From NCBI GenBank assembly GCA_036375515.1, contig DASURT010000146.1, positions 1-32,387 of the forward strand: DNA of 32,387 nucleotides. Reading direction: 5' to 3'. How positions within the stretch are numbered: the first letter of the stretch is position 1; each line of letters starts with the position of its first letter. Below are positions 31,967-32,387 of this stretch, piece by piece. Below the pieces are notes generated by a model that made no database searches, was not told the DNA's origin, and saw nothing but the letters and a program-made list of their open reading frames with translations. This stretch comes from Sphingomicrobium sp. GTDB taxonomy: Bacteria > Pseudomonadota > Alphaproteobacteria > Sphingomonadales > Sphingomonadaceae. Position numbers and translations under genes: made by a program.

Positions 31967-32387
31967 GTGGCGATGCTGTTTGACCTTGAGCTTCGTTCTG
32001 CCCGCCGGGACCGCGCCGCGCGAGCCGGGCCGGAACTGTTCCTGTTCGACAGGGCATTCGACGACTGCCTCGAGCGGATCGGGATGGTTCGACGGACGTT
32101 CGCCGACGCCCTGCTGATCGGCTGTCCCGATCCGGGATGGCCCGATCGCCTAGGAGAATTCGCTGACCGGGTGGACGTACTGGATCCGGGTTCCCTGTTC
32201 GCCCGGGGCGCAGGCGGCGAACAGGCCGTCGAAGACGAATGGCAGACGCCCGACGTGGCCTACGATCTGGTCGTTGCGATCGGGACACTGGACACAGTCA
32301 ACGATCTTCCGCTCGCGCTACGGTCTATCCGGCTTGCAATGAGGCCCGACAGCCTGTTCATCGGAGCGCTCTCTGGAGGGGACACTC
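31967..32387 (+). CDS. SAM-dependent methyltransferase (BioC/NDUFAF5-like), 3' end runs off the window
   Basis: Manual translation MAMLFDLELRSARRDRAARAGPELFLFDRAFDDCLERI...YDLVVAIGTLDTVNDLP.AL..IR..MRPDSLFIGALSGGDTL; divergent from comF, as in the usual alphaproteobacterial arrangement. Confidence 0.82.
   Translation, partial: MAMLFDLELRSARRDRAARAGPELFLFDRAFDDCLERIGMVRRTFADALLIGCPDPGWPDRLGEFADRVDVLDPGSLFARGAGGEQAVEDEWQTPDVAYDLVVAIGTLDTVNDLPLALRSIRLAMRPDSLFIGALSGGDT

Noticed and set aside
4759-32288. Extended N-termini in the ORF track (for example starts at 5634, 6014, 16826, 18564, 24024, 31107, 32288)
   Set aside because: They overlap neighbouring genes; downstream starts with an RBS or stop/start overlap fit the protein families better.
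29669-32387. DUF1178-nitrilase-grxC-comF-methyltransferase cluster as a novel system
   Set aside because: This is a commonly conserved alphaproteobacterial arrangement with nothing unusual visible here.

Overview
GC-rich alphaproteobacterial chromosomal segment; the gene content and the permuted tmRNA with tag ANDNEALALAA point to Sphingomonas/Sphingomonadaceae (inference). It is mostly core or housekeeping sequence. In order: nitronate monooxygenase-like gene (partial), nadC, M3 peptidase, a lemA-TPM-TPM-Nudix operon, a TIR/TolB-like/TPR protein, mscL, two lipoproteins around a two-piece tmRNA, a second Nudix, a SWIB protein, an LD-carboxypeptidase divergent from a D-aminoacylase/Mur-ligase/2H-phosphoesterase/HAD run, an EcfG-promoter small gene, a LytS/LytTR pair with an UrcA-family gene, a DAACS transporter, a methyltransferase, a low-GC TonB-C gene, a flavin amine oxidase, DUF6356-FAD protein-folE, tRNA-Arg(CCT), and the conserved DUF1178-nitrilase-grxC-comF/methyltransferase cluster. 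I see no integrase, transposase, prophage or CRISPR array. The best candidates for a second look are (i) a 281-bp palindromic MITE that has split the 5' end of the LytTR regulator gene, (ii) a CGTC-type REP doublet inserted in frame in a signal peptide, (iii) a translationally coupled minimal 2H-phosphoesterase + HAD nucleotidase pair, (iv) a TIR protein retaining the catalytic Glu, fused to a TolB-like/TPR module, and (v) AlgR-type CCGTTCGTC boxes upstream of the urcA and M3 peptidase genes. All product calls come from motif recognition by eye; no database search was run.
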